Shown here piece by piece: positions 1 through 14,818 of a stretch of DNA of 64,000 bases. The translations under genes and the position numbers were made by a program. The notes below the pieces were generated by a model. The model saw only the letters and a program-made list of their open reading frames with translations, did not search any database and was not told where the DNA came from. The first letter of the stretch is position 1, and every line of letters starts with the position of its first letter. The stretch lies in the NCBI GenBank assembly GCA_964016885.1, contig OZ024740.1, forward strand, positions 115,444,001-115,508,000, written 5' to 3'. The DNA is from Eledone cirrhosa (taxonomy: Eukaryota).

Positions 1-53
1 ACTGCACGCTGAAGTATAATTGACCAGGTAGACGATTCGCTAACGTAATACTA

Positions 54-172
<119 letters not shown>

Positions 173-204
173 GTATATATATATATATATATAAAAACAT
201 GAGA

Positions 205-617
205 AGAATGAATACTGCGTGGTTGCACATGGGTTACATATGATAAAAATAGTCCTTCATCAGTGATTTTCCAACCTTCATTGGTATTTCATCGCTTTAA
301 AAATCATATACCTCCAGTTGAACGAGCAATAGCTAAATAAAGCTATTGGGACAAGTAAATCGCGTAAAGCGAGCGAGACATGTAAACAAATATAGAAGGA
401 TAGCAACGCAAAGATAGGAAAAAACAAGCACATGGAGTCCGATCAGCATAAGCTGTGTGGATATCATGAGCGAGAGACAACAGACCGTGCGACGCGAATG
501 AGGTGTGAGCAAGAAAGAACCCCACTTCAGGCCAAACAGGAGGAAGTGAGAAGGGGAGAAGCAGAGAATGAGTGAGTGGAAGTGCGAGAAAGAGGCCAGT
601 CGAGAGAAAGTGTAACT

Positions 618-620
<3 letters not shown>
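205..620 (-). mobile_element. Dispersed pLTR-like repeat, family A (homologous to 22690-22890 and 47293-48128)
   Basis: The reverse complement aligns by eye with 47680-48128 (shared TTTAAAGCGATGAAATACC...CACTGATGAAGGAC...CATATGTAACCC) and is flanked by (TA)n. Confidence 0.7.
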
Positions 621-671
<51 letters not shown>

Positions 672-889
672 CATATATATGTATATATATATGTATGTAT
701 GAATATATATATATGTATATATGTATGTATGTATGTATGTATGTGTGTATGTATGTATGTATGTATGTATGTATGTGTGTATGTATGTATGTATGTATAT
801 ACTTTTACTTATTTTTTATTTCTTTATATTTTTTTACTTTTTACATCTGTAACTTCTTTACCTATTTATCATTATATTTTATTATTGAT

Positions 890-985
890 GTTAACTTTGC
901 CTTTCATCCTTACGGGTTAGATAAAATAACGTACCAGCAATGCACTGGGTAATTGCTGGCCTTGTGCCAAAAGTAGAAACAATTA
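890..985 (+). mobile_element. SINE fragment (Meta-domain-like body plus tail)
   Basis: GCCTTTCATCCTTACGGG...AAAATAA..TACCAG...GCTGGCCTTGTGCCAAAAGTAGAAACAATTA matches the full copy at 28465-28654. Confidence 0.85.
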
Positions 986-1213
986 TATTTTATTATTTAT
1001 GATATTGTTTTGATTCTACGCTGTATCTCTATATATACCATTGCCATGTGTGAGTTCTTTAGTATTCTGAGTATTTGACCAGAGGTAAACACTGTATTTG
1101 AGGTCGAGTGACACAACTTTGAGTGATTAGCGGCCTTTAGACTCACCTGATCAATGAAACAATTGAAATAAAACCCCTTGTTGTACAGCCGATCATGTTA
1201 TTCTTCAATCTTT

Positions 1214-1284
<71 letters not shown>

Positions 1285-1314
1285 GTAATATTATATATAT
1301 GTAATATGTAATAT

Positions 1315-1392
1315 CTAGGGCGGGTAAAATTCCCGAGTTCTCTCCAGCGGTCTCTATCCCTCATTATCGCTGCCATGTCCTGCGTCTCCATA
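1315..1392 (-). mobile_element. RTE LINE extreme 3' fragment
   Basis: Translates as MAAIMRDRDRWRE, similar to LANAMRDRDGWRK at the 3' end of the RTE near 46300. Confidence 0.55.
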
Positions 1393-1971
1393 TATATACA
1401 GTTTGTCCCAAGAAAATGTATAGACACTTCAACAACATTTTAATAAATATTGCCTGTACAGGTAATCAAAGTATGTATATATATTTTTAGGATACCCTGT
1501 ATATACGTGTGTGTGTGTAAGTATATATACATATTATTTTTTTTATTCACCTATATGATGATGATAGATTTCGAAAATGCAGCAACCAATTTTCAGTTCA
1601 GTCGTAGAATTTCAGTTAAGTGCACCAAAGATTTTACTAACGAGTAGAGACATATGTTAAATCTAAGTACTACAATAGTTCTACTTAAGACAAGGTAATT
1701 GAATGAATGTACAGTCACAACTCACCTGCGGTGGTTAGTCACGTTATATTTTTTTTATTTATCGAGTATTTTCATGTTTTACTTTCCTTCTGTCTGTTCG
1801 CTTTATCGTTATCTGACACACACACACACACAGACACACACACACACATATGTATATATAAATAAATACATCAAAGAGAATAGTTTCTAAGTGGTATAGT
1901 CATATGAGAATGTATCTTCATGAATGTACGGGTTACATGTGTGAGGAATGTGTACGATTTTACATAAATAC

Positions 1972-2026
<55 letters not shown>

Positions 2027-2073
2027 CATACATATATATATATATATACGCACATATATATATACATACACAC

Positions 2074-2162
<89 letters not shown>

Positions 2163-2216
2163 AATATATATACATATATATACATATGACTATAGATATA
2201 GATATATAGATATATT

Positions 2217-2765
2217 TAAATATAAGTATGTATACGTAGATACATATATGTACACAGACGTACAGTAGTATGTATATATATATATAAATACATGCACACA
2301 CATATATGTACGTATGGATTCACCGAACATTTATTATAATGCTCGGTGTGTTTGTAAACAAACTTCCCGTATTAAGCCATAGTGTCCAGCGACCATCGTT
2401 GCACATTTGTTCAACACTTACAAAGGAACGCTGTACTAGTTTTAAGCTTATTAGCTATCGTCAGCAACGTATACCTTCCTTCCAGATGGTTGAATGTCCT
2501 TTGTCAGTGTTGAACAAATGAGCAACGATGGTTGCTAGACAGTGTACGGCTTAATTCGGGATGTTTGTTTACAAACGCACCGAGCATTATAATAAATGTT
2601 CGGTGAATCCATACGTACATATATATGTTTGTGCATCTATGTATGTATATATATATATACATACTACTGTACGTCTGTATACATATATGTATGTACGTAT
2701 ACATACTTATATTTAAGTAACAGCCGTACTAAGAGTGAGAAATGAAATTTCGTTTCATTTTTTCC
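2217..2765. mobile_element. Fold-back element with arms of about 210 bp and an HHR motif in the spacer; related fragment at 7981-8120
   Basis: 2217-2428 is an imperfect reverse complement of 2497-2716. The terminal CAGCCGTACTAAGAGTGAGAAATGAAA recurs inverted at about 8000-8028. Confidence 0.8.
2428..2470 (-). ncRNA. Minimal type I hammerhead motif with a G12A core change (probably inactive)
   Basis: rc: ACGTTG CTGACGA T-AGCT-aata-AGCT-T AAA ACTAGT A CAGCGT. Stem I is 6 bp, stem III is palindromic, the site is GUA, and AAAA replaces GAAA. Confidence 0.65.
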
Positions 2766-2895
2766 GTTTATATATATATTAATAAAAGGAATTCCAACTG
2801 ATTGTCTGATTTACTCGTTTTATTTACAATCCTTTAAAATTATAATGATATTATAATGAAATAGTATGGTAGAATATTAAATGTTAAATGTTAAT

Positions 2896-2934
2896 TGAAC
2901 AAGTACTTTCATGCTTTCGCAATCTTCAGGTTCA
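2896..2934 (-). ncRNA. Minimal type I hammerhead ribozyme
   Basis: rc: TGAAC CTGAAGA T-TGC-gaaa-GCA-T GAA AGTACT T GTTCA. Complete core, 5-bp stem I, palindromic stem III. Confidence 0.8.
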
Positions 2935-3239
2935 TATTCAGTGGTGACAGTCAAGAAATATTAGTATGGTTCGTTGATTACTCAACGAATACAATTTTAC
3001 AATAGATTAGAAGCACTCAAATGGAAGTTTTCCTGGAGTTTTTAATATTATTCAAAATGTTAACAAATGAAAAATATTCGCATAATGAAAATATATACTT
3101 TATTATATATATTTCAAAGGTACTGTGTTGTTTCAGTACGTTTTCATCAGACAAAATATATATATATATATTCATAAGTATGCAACGGTATCTCTGTATG
3201 AGAAGAAGTTTATACATGCAGGTGCACGGAGATGTGTAC

Positions 3240-3270
<31 letters not shown>

Positions 3271-3366
3271 GGTGTGTGATATAAAACAAATACCTTAATT
3301 CCTTAAATCTATCTGACATCGCAAATTATTATTCCCCTCATTAAAATCATTGACACATACTGTTTG

Positions 3367-3540
<174 letters not shown>

Positions 3541-3694
3541 GAATTATTAATACATAAGCGTAGAAATAATCTAAATTTGTATATTACAACTCGCCCCTCG
3601 GATTGCATGCTCTACCAAAATTCACTACATATTATATATATATATATATATATAAAAGAAAATGAGAGTTTTATTTTTATGAAAAAAAACGAGA

Positions 3695-3850
3695 TGTCCT
3701 ACACGAGTGAAAGTATAAGGAAAAAACAAGAAATCGAAAATGCAACTGGAGTCTTTTAAGAATATTTATTTGTTTCCTTTACCGGTTTCACTGTTCTTAT
3801 ACTTTTCAAAAGTAGAATTGAGATGGAGGGTTTTGTAGATTTTCTCGTAT
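3695..3850 (-). mobile_element. Diverged copy of the pLTR family forming the 16781-17235 fold-back, with a decayed HHR at about 3777-3812
   Basis: Shares CCTACACGAGTGAAAGTATAA...GAAATCGAAAATGCAACTGGAGTCTT...CCTTTACCGGTTTC...TTGAGATGGAGGG. Confidence 0.75.
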
Positions 3851-4146
3851 TTCATATATAAATAAATATATATATATATATATATGGGTAAATATCTTTA
3901 AGTCGTTTGGAAGCCTCGACAATGCAAATGGGTAAATCTCCGGGTAACAAGATCCGGTGGTGGAGAGAGAGATGTAAGTGGGTGTACGTTGAGATACGTG
4001 GTGTGTATGAGACGTGTAGAAGAATGAAGGAAAGAGTATAAAGGATAAAATTAAAATAACAACACGAGAGAGAGTTACCTTGGGAGAGGTTTAATTGTCC
4101 TAATTACCTATTATTCCACAATGTTTCAAGCAAACTTCAATACTCT

Positions 4147-4181
<35 letters not shown>

Positions 4182-4539
4182 CCCAATGCAGCTTGCAACT
4201 CATTTTCGGCAGCTGTGTGGACACAAATAACAAGCCCATCACCTTCTCTACGTTGCTCACCCAAAAACCAAGAAATTGAGAATTTCTTCTGCACTACGTG
4301 TGGAATTTTTTTTCTCGTTTTACGTTTCTTTTTGCATGCGTTGGCAGATATTGGGCGAAATCGAAGCTTGTCCAATCAATTGATTGAGAACATACGACTT
4401 TTCTTTAGATGGGCCTCCAATACGTTGCTTTGAAAGTAGTTCTTAATTTATTCTTTATCAAGGACCTGTTTTATGTAAATGTATTTTCCCTTAGACTCTA
4501 TGATACAATTATTCGCCTCACACATTATGTAATTGTTTC

Positions 4540-4710
4540 TATTTCGGGGGGGGCACAAGGCCAGCAATTATCCCAGTGCATTACTGGTGGGGTTTTTTTT
4601 TGAGGGGATGGGGAAGGGGGGGGGGGGGGGGGTTCGACCCTGTAAGGATAAAAGGTAAAGCTAACCTCGGTGGGATTTGACGCTCTACCGATACTGCTAA
4701 TCCACGGCTC
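4540..4710 (-). mobile_element. Degenerate tRNA/Meta-type SINE
   Basis: Reverse-complement similarity to 28465-28654 (GCACAAGGCCAGCAATTATCCCAGTGCATTACTGGT; ACCGATACTGCTAATCCAC). Confidence 0.75.
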
Positions 4711-5060
4711 ATATTGTTATATAATAATCAAGAAAGAGAAATGTATATACTAGCAGCAGAGAAAGTATCAAATAGTGACAGTTCAATAAGTTTTAAAGTA
4801 TTTGAGATTTTGAAATTAGTTCAAGGACCCCAGATTTTTAAGTTTCTGTTACAGTGACCCGACAGCCCTATGTAGCACTATATTTACAGACAAATAAACA
4901 TATACTGTGTCTTAAGGTGTGACAGGTAGTAAGTATAAGCTCTGCTCGGAATGAGGAACCAGAAAGGGGAACATTATAAGTAACTGTCACCGCACACACA
5001 CACACACATACATACGCATGTGTGTGTGTGTGTGTGCGTGTTTATGTATGTATATATATA

Positions 5061-5554
5061 TATTGTTATACTTTGGGAGGGTCATGTTGCCAGTAAGAAA
5101 CACACGCACCAGTTGCTTTCACTCCAATTTATTATAAATAAAAATGTTTTGTTTTTTTTATTTCTTAAAAAAAAAAAATTTATAAATTTATAAATTGTGA
5201 CCTCTTCAGTGACTGGGGATTCTTTTCTTTGTTTTGTGCTTCTCCTTTGTTCTGTCCTACGCCAACAAGATGGCGAAGGACAGAACAAAGGAGAGGCACA
5301 AAACAAAGAAAAGAATCCCGTCACTGAAGAGGTCACAGAATGTGTGACGAAAGAACTTTGACAATATATGAACAACCATCGGGTTGTGGAACCAACCAAC
5401 CAACCAACCGGAAATTTATAAATTTATAATAAATTGGAGTGAAATAACTGGTGCGTGTGTTTCTTATTGGCAACATGACCCTCCCAAAGTATAACAATAT
5501 CGGTTTCAACACACGTTTTCAGATAAAGAATCTTGCTAAACAAATTCAGAAACA

Positions 5555-5556
<2 letters not shown>
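5061..5556 (+). mobile_element. Non-coding fold-back of Nematis-type PLE pLTRs with HHR and 3' tail
   Basis: Inverted arms 5061-5160/5410-5499 and 5197-5263/5271-5337. Sequence matches the pLTRs at 31657-31900 and 63590-63915. Confidence 0.85.
5320..5362 (+). ncRNA. Minimal type I hammerhead ribozyme (Nematis-type pLTR)
   Basis: GTCA CTGAAGA G GTCACA-gaatg-TGTGAC GAA AG-aa-CT T TGAC. Confidence 0.72.
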
Positions 5557-5590
<34 letters not shown>

Positions 5591-5642
5591 CTATTGAGAA
5601 TTTCGAATCATACACAAGAATATATATATATATATATATATA

Positions 5643-5673
<31 letters not shown>

Positions 5674-5744
5674 TTTTTTCGATCGACTTTCGTCAAATCG
5701 GACCGAGGACACAATGTTTCCGTTGGTCTTTCCTGTTGCTAATA

Positions 5745-5892
5745 CTATCTATCGGTCGCAACTCCAGGTAGAAGGAGCAAGGTGAAATAAAGTGCCATGC
5801 TCAAGGACATAACGCATCGCCCGGTCCAGGAATCGAACTCACAACCTCAAGATTGTGAATCCAATTCTCTCACCACTCAGCCACACGCCTTC
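5745..5892 (-). mobile_element. tRNA-derived SINE with CORE-like body
   Basis: rc: A box TGGCTGAGTGG, B box GAGTTCGATTCC, then GTCCTTGAGCATGGCACTTTATTTCAC. Confidence 0.8.
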
Positions 5893-6039
5893 ATATATAT
5901 ATATATAGTAATAATAATAAATTTGAAGACTAAAATACAAAGAGGGCTCGATAAGGATAAATATATATCGAATATATAAGAACCTTAGAGCAAATATTTA
6001 TTAAAATAACAGATTAAAGTTTAAGCAAAGAATCGCTGC

Positions 6040-7450
6040 TTTCACCCTTAACGGGATCTTCTGAAACTAACAAAGTGAATCTGTAAACGCAGAAGTGGAT
6101 ATTTCAAAAAAACGTTGCAACCGGAGGAAGACAGGAAGACGATACTTTGGTTCGTGGAAACCTTCCCTGGCAAAGAACGGGGAAAAACGAATATAATACG
6201 TCATTAATAGGAGCGGTGAAAAACAATTACGCGCAAAGACAGAACCACGTTTATGGTATAAAAGTGGTCGTAGGTGGTTCATAGAGACGTACTCTGGCAA
6301 TGAACGAAAAAAACGAAGATAATACGTCATATGTGGACCGAGTAGAACAATTACACGCAAAGATAAAACCACGTAAATGGTATAGCAGAAGTCGTAGACT
6401 AAAATTCTAACTAGGAGACCGAATGAATCTCCGCTTCAGAGTTAAGAATAAAGTAAATAAATACAATACAGAGGTAATAAAAATTAAATAAATACATACA
6501 CGCATACAAATACTACATACACAAGCATACGCGAAAACACTTACTATAGGTATACAAAACCACGCACATATAAATATGTGTGTGTGTGTGCGTGTATACA
6601 AATAATTAAATAAACGTATATAAATAAATAAATACGTATATAACAAACGCACACACATACCTAGGCCCTGGAAATACTCTACGCCACAGACCACATCTTA
6701 AACAAAAAATCTGAGGCAATTTCGGCTTGTAAACATAAATTGCACAAAACTTTCCTGTATTACAGCCCCACGTTATACCCTAACGGATAGTACGATCTAT
6801 ACGTGGATATTATACGTCTTGATGTGGTAGCTAAGTATATGTTTTGTTTATACCATTACTTATTTGCATAGGTAAGTATATATTACCTGTATGTTTTGTA
6901 AAGGTACGTATACTTTCTCGTACGTATATTTGATTGTATATGTTATGGCGGATAATTTTATATATTCTGGTACATATGGTTTGGTTATGTGTATACGGGA
7001 GTTTTGCGTCTGTGTGAGTATGCAGGTTCGTACGTATGTAGGGTGTGTGTATATGTGTACTTCATGTTTTGGTTGACTTACGTCTCCGAACATTTGTGTA
7101 TTTACATGTAGGTATGTGTGTGCGTTTGTTATATACGTATTTATTTATTTATATACGTTTATTTATTGTATACACGCACACACACACACATATTTATATG
7201 TGCGTGGTTTTGTATACCTATGGTAAGTGCTTTCGCGTATGCTTGTGTATGTACGTATATGGATGCGTGTATGTATTTATTTAATTTCTATTACCTCTGT
7301 ATTGTATTTATTTACTTTATTCTTAACTCTGAAGCGGAGATTCATTCGGTCTCCTAGTTAGAATTTTAGTCTACGACTTCTGCTATACCATTTACGTGGT
7401 TTTGTCTTTGCGTGTAATTGTTCTCCACTCTCCACATATGACGTATTATC

Positions 7451-7452
<2 letters not shown>
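6040..7452 (+). mobile_element. Extremely 5'-truncated Naiad-type PLE with inverted pLTR
   Basis: 6317-6662 is the reverse complement of 7110-7452. The spacer starts with ALEILYATDHILNKKSEAISACKHK (6665-6745), the GIY-YIG C-terminal LNKxSE..C.H motif. A duplication of about 125 bp lies at 6145-6400. Confidence 0.7.
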
Positions 7453-7536
<84 letters not shown>

Positions 7537-7627
7537 GTGGTTACATATACACACACATATACACACACCCTGACATTACTTAGGTGGGGGGTTTAATGTA
7601 TCTAACGTTACGGCGTGTAAAACTAGC

Positions 7628-7730
7628 TGTCATGAAATACTCAATAGATCTACTATAAAACTCTCATTCTCAACAGCAGCCAACATAGAATCACACATAC
7701 GCAAGATCAACCACAGAAATATCTCTAGTA
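7628..7730 (+). pseudogene. Naiad-type PLE RT thumb/linker fragment
   Basis: Translates HEILNRSTIKLSFSTAANIESHIRKINHRNI, matching [27 protein letters not shown] in the 60575 ORF. Confidence 0.7.
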
Positions 7731-7916
7731 AATCAACTGCACCTATATACAAGCACAAACACATCACAACATCACAACCACAAGAGCATACAAACGCGCA
7801 GCAGCAAAACCCCATTGGGCACAAATCACAACCCACCCACAACAGAGCACCAAACCTGGAATACCATAACTGGACTTTACCTAAGTGGACTTCATTTAAC
7901 TATTATTTGTTACCCC

Positions 7917-7982
<66 letters not shown>

Positions 7983-8140
7983 GGAAAATTATGAAACGAA
8001 GTTTCATTTCTCACTCTTAGTACGGCTGATAAACCCATACGTGCATATATATATATATACATACTACTGTACGTCTGTATACATATATGTATATACGTGT
8101 ACATACTTACATTTAATATATATACATATTCATATATATG

Positions 8141-8196
<56 letters not shown>

Positions 8197-8244
8197 TATA
8201 TACACATATATATATATGTAAATGTATATATATATATATGTAAT

Positions 8245-8320
<76 letters not shown>

Positions 8321-8374
8321 AGATTACATATATATATATATACATTTACATATATATATATGTGTATTTATATT

Positions 8375-8436
<62 letters not shown>

Positions 8437-8796
8437 CATACCTACATACACGGAATATAAGACTTATATTTGCTGTAGTTCACTTTCAGTTTGTGACTTT
8501 GTTTTTGTTTGTTGATCTATTCCGTTTTTCTGTTGATCTTTTCGTTTGTTTCATTTCTTTCTTTCCATTACCATATATACCACTACATTACATTATATTA
8601 TTATATTTTTGTTTAGTGTAGCTCATTCATATTCCTTACAGAACCTTCCTGAGAACTTCCCTTTTCAAAATTGTAGACTAATAATAGGTTCTCTTCTTTT
8701 ACTAGTTGTTTGTGTTTCGTTTTGTTCACTTTGGTTTTAGTTCATCAGAATATAGCCGAGGGCTTGACGTTCAAATGATCACTTACAACTGATGGT

Positions 8797-8870
<74 letters not shown>

Positions 8871-9153
8871 GGAAACATGCTAACCACCACAGACCACCCA
8901 ATATGACTGGGTTTGGGTTCTTTTATGTATTTGAATGTTTTTCGTTCTTATAATACCTATTGCCAAATATATAACGCAGATTAGTTGTGGCTGTTTAAAT
9001 GTTGTTCTTACTGCCGCCATTTTCATTCTCTTTATCTTCATCAATCGCCGCCATTACTGCCGGTGATGTTTCAGTAGAAGTTGATGATTTTTTTTATTTC
9101 TTCTTTGTTGTTGTTGTTGTTGCTGTTGATTCCCTGTAGTTCCCCTTCTCTCT

Positions 9154-9257
<104 letters not shown>

Positions 9258-10499
9258 GCTCGCTCGCTCACTATCTCTCTCGCTCTCTATCTCTCTCGCT
9301 CTCTATCTCTCTCTCTCTCTTACGCGCACTCTCACTTTATTTTTTATTCTCTCTCTGAGATAATAACTAATATTAAGAATTCATGAATAATATTTGCTAG
9401 GTTCGGGTGGGGGTGCTAAAAGAGCGGTTTGTTTAAAGGCTGTATGGTGATGTTTGGAGATTTGCATACATTTTTATTGTATCATTGCTATTATTATTGT
9501 TGTTGTTGTTGTTGCTTCTCATTTGCGACGGATGTGTTCATATCGGCTCCAATAGGTTGGTTATTTTGAGTTCTTTTAAAGTGGAATTTGTTGAATATTT
9601 TTGTTACGAACTGTTTATAAGATGAAATCCATTGTCCTGCGAAAAGGCGACCCCAAAATATTCGGGCCAAAGTCCAAAATATTTTAACTTTATTTTTTTA
9701 AAACAATTTTTCTGTAAAACACTATAGACGGAATACGCCCCGTCACGTTGACCCAGCTGTCACTTGACAGCGGCTCAAACGTTGAGAAGACTGACACCGC
9801 CTCCACCACCGCCATTATGAAAACTTCCACAGTTTATGCAGTATCACCAACAACAGCAGCAGCACTAACAACAAAAACAAAACAAACGAAAGCAGCAACG
9901 GCAATAATGACAACAGCAACAACAGCAACACCATCAATGAGAGAAGGAAAGACCGCAGCAATACAAACGACACCACCAGCAACAGTAACAATAGAACAAA
10001 CAACAACAGCACATTCGCAGCCACAGCTGCAAAATCAAGACAATTCTTTCAAGCTGCTATTTCAGACAAGAAAGAACGTTTGGCCCAGGTATGGAAACTC
10101 ATTAAGAGAAAAATAACCGAGGCCGGACGAACTTAAAAATATCTTCGACCATATTCGTTCAGGAAGGGCCCTAGATACAGGTGGTAATTGGAGGCAGAAG
10201 GCCAAACTGCTTCGTCTATGGAGAATAGACACCTCTGCGAGCCTTTTGCCCGCAGCTGAAAAGTGCAGGAGACTGCCAACCTCCGTTACTGCCAGTACCA
10301 GGACAAAAAACCACGCCAGCAACAGTAGAAGCAACCGCACAACCAGAAGCAGCAGCTAAGCCACTACCATCAACACCTAAGACAGAATCAACCCAAGGGG
10401 AAGATGAAAAATACTCTCTTCCCATCTCCCGCTCCCAATAATAAATACGCACATAAACACCTATACAAACGCATACACATACACACAAATACAAACAAC

Positions 10500-10542
<43 letters not shown>

Positions 10543-12017
10543 AACAACAACAACAACAACAACAACAAAAACAACACCAATACCAGCATCGATACCAGCA
10601 CCAGCCAAACGAAAACTAGCACACAACAGACAACTTCGCGCTAGTAAGAAGATCCAACGAAAAACTGATGGCCCTCATAGCAGGATAATGATTATAGTGA
10701 TGTTGATGATGATGATTGTGAGGATGATGAGTATTATCTATAACAACCTATTTATGTTTATAAATATATATATTGAGATAGATATAGAATATCGCTGCCA
10801 CTGCTATATCTAATTATTACAGTGAAAAATCTGCAAACACTTGCACACACATTCACATAAACACATGCATACATGTATTCAACTTCAGACATAGATCGTT
10901 ATTGTTAGGGATGCTGCTATATTAGGCCAACTAGGGCGCAGAACTCAGAAAGACGCATTCTAAACCATAAAGGATTAATTTAATTCAACTTTATATAAAT
11001 AATTATCGCTTTTGTGTAACAGCGCTGTGAAAATATACAAAACGGCAAAAAGAATCGTATGGCGCTATGACCAGTAACTTGATTTGGCATGGGTGAGTAT
11101 GGACTGTGTAGTAAAAAATGCAGGCCTAGTAATGTTCTTGGTGTGGTCAGAGCAAGAAGTATCAATATCTAGTTTGGTCAGCTTGCCAAACTGTAAGCTG
11201 AAATTATTTTATTTAGTAGAATAATGCGCATAAGTGGGAGAAGAGCAGCGCGTAACTGGGAGAAGGAGCGCACAGTGTAGGGCTAACCTAGCGTGCTAAA
11301 TATCCTGGTATCAGCACTGCCTCTTAACAGAATAAGATATTGAATCGACAGAATTGTTAGGACGTTGGACGCAAAGTGTTTCGTTATTTATTCTGGTTTC
11401 TTACGTTCTAGGTTCAAAGCATAATTTGCTTTATATCCTGCAGGGCTTGATAAAAACAGTACCAGTCTATAGCATTGGACTGGTGAAATCGATAGAGCGC
11501 TGGACAAGATGCGGTGTGGTATTTGTATCGGATCTTTAGATACTTAGTTCAAATTTTATTGTGACCTACTTGGATAGTAGACATAAATCGCTCCTTTTAA
11601 TATCACCATTTTTGGACTCCCTTCTGTTGGAAGCTTTTGGGCAAAATATTCTGTTTGGGTATACCTACCCGATTCATTCATAGACCCTGAAAACAGTCAT
11701 TGGCACTCCCTTTCTCTCTTTACTAAACAAGGCAGATTTTTCGAGAACATTATTAATGTGCTGTTGAATGATTTTCAACCAGTAGAGGTCAACGTAATAA
11801 CCACTCTAAAGCAATCTAAGCTACTGTAAAACATACAGCCGGATATCAATATTTCTTTCTTTATACATATTGATAAAAGGGTGAGTTATTTAAAACGGCG
11901 ATTTACATAGAAGACAGAACTTGCTGTAACGCACACAAACACGAACACGCTCACACATCATCCTTTATATTTACAAAAAATAATAATAATAATAACGGGG
12001 AGACATCCTGTATATAG

Positions 12018-12134
<117 letters not shown>

Positions 12135-12460
12135 CGAGTGTGTTAGCTTTATTTGAACACCATTCGAAGCCACAACATAAAAAGAGAATAGCAGAAAATA
12201 AGCAAAATAAATAAACTTCTAAAATTGAAAAGATAATTTTCATTGAATTGAATATATAGGTATAGTGTAGTGTTCTTATGAGAAATAGTACTAAGGATTC
12301 AGATAATGGTAACTAATGATAAGATGGTGGAGGTAAATGTTGAAAGAATTTCTAAAGTAAATCTTGGAAATAAGATTAACTGAGTATCAGAATTGGTGAT
12401 TTATAGTTCTCCAAGAGGAGAAAACTTAATCAAAACTACATATATATATGTATATATGGG

Positions 12461-12491
<31 letters not shown>

Positions 12492-12520
12492 ATGTGTGTG
12501 TGTATGTATGCATGTATATA

Positions 12521-12602
<82 letters not shown>

Positions 12603-13329
12603 GGAAAACAACAAAAACATACATACATATATATCTACCTACTTACATATATACATACATGCACACATACGTACGTACATAATACATATACATACATACA
12701 TACATACATGCATACATACATACATACATACATACATACATACATACATACATACATACATACACATAAAGGAAATTCTAACTAATAGAAATAACAATAA
12801 TGATGATAAAACGACACACGGCAATAATTGCCAGGAAAATATTGGGGAGATATGAAAATAAGAGTGGCAAAGAGGGAAAGAAAGAAAGAAAAAAAGAAAG
12901 AAGGCAATAAAGAATGAAAGTAAACAGAATTTATCATGGTTCCTTCGGATATCTTAATATTATTTTACACTCATAGAGGCTGGCTTTTATCAACGAAAAC
13001 ATCTTTAGTTATTAATTTTTTTTGTCTTTTTGTTCTTTTTGTTGCTTTTAACTCGTTTGTTCTTCGCACAGTTTTTTACGATTGCCTAAAGACCGAAAAA
13101 GACAGGCTAAGAGAGAAGGAGAGAGAATGACAGAGGAAAACAGAGAATAAGAGAGAAAGAGGGGGCATATAGAATTAAGAAATAAAAAAACAGATTTGCT
13201 GACTTAAGAGAAAAGGTGTCGTTCAATATAAATTCCTCATTATATGATAATAATAACGATGGCGGTGTCAATGATAACAACCTTTATCATTACCATTTTT
13301 ATCTACTCTGAGCATATATCTGTAAATTA

Positions 13330-13575
13330 AAGGTGGAAAACTGGGAGAGGGCACTTGCCTTGGTGGTCAGGGTCATTGTGGCTTTTTACTGGGCTTTCTC
13401 CACAAATGTCCCTCCGAAGTCTCCCCCCCTATTGGGGAATTTTTCATTGTTATTTTTTGTTACATTCTCTGTTTTTGTTTTTTACACGCAGAAATGCCCA
13501 TTTGTACCGTCCTGCATTGTCCTGCACTGTCCTTAATGTCTACTTTATGTAAACCCTTGTGGTTAATAAAGAAAT
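13330..13575 (+). mobile_element. 3' end of a Tx1/L1-like LINE
   Basis: CCCCCTATTGGGGA...CCCTTGTGGTTAATAAA matches the 3' UTR of the 37948-40210 element. Confidence 0.65.
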
Positions 13576-14000
13576 CATTATTTTTATTATTATTACTATT
13601 ATTATTATTGATATCAACGCAATATTTTTACCATTATTATCATCATAATCAGTATTATTAATATCATTATTATTATTATTATTGTAAGCAGTATTATTAT
13701 TGAGCATCTCAGCTTAACTAAATCATTGCCTGTGATGTGATTGAATTAGAGATTTAGCGATCAGATAATCTGCTTAGTCGGTTGAAGGTTTTCACCGTTG
13801 GGATCGTTTTGAGGTTTCAGAAATATGTATATTGATTCCAGAAGAATTGTGTTCTCATATATATATATATATATATACATACATATATATATAAATATAT
13901 ACTTTCCAGTTAAATAACATCAATGACTGAGACTCAAAGAACAATATATATATATACATACATATATATATAAATATATATAAATACATATATATACATA

Positions 14001-14081
<81 letters not shown>

Positions 14082-14776
14082 GATAGTATGATTGAAAAGA
14101 TAAGATGTACACGCGCATAAACAAGCACACGCATACGCAACGATATACGTATTTAAATATGCATACATACATACATACATACATACATACATACATACAT
14201 ACATACATACATACATACATGCATACATACATACATACATACGTACAAACATACATACATATATACGTACAAACATACATACATACGTACAAACATACAT
14301 ATGGATATACATATATTCATATATGAGAGTGCCTAATTGAGTTTAATGCACGGACATGGCTTATTATATATACAAAAACATAGCTATCCACTTAATTATA
14401 TATAGTAGAAGTGTGATCAAACAACGACTGAATGTCTCTCAAGGCACAAGAGCTGACTAAGGTTAAATTCACCGTTATACCAGCCATTGAAAAATGCATA
14501 TGGTGGTCAGAAAAAAGTTCTATTATATTGATTGCATATTTATGATATAATAATGTAAGCAATATAAGAATGTATGTGTGTGTTTGTGTGTGTGAGACTG
14601 TGTGTATGTAGATATATACTTGATGTGCATAAGTATATGATGTATACATGCATATATATGTATGTATATATATATATATATAGTGAGAGAGAGATAGAGA
14701 TACAAATTGGGGGGGGGGGCAGAGAGAGATTGATAGATAGACTATATATATAATATACCTATGTATGTTTATTATT

Positions 14777-14818
<42 letters not shown>

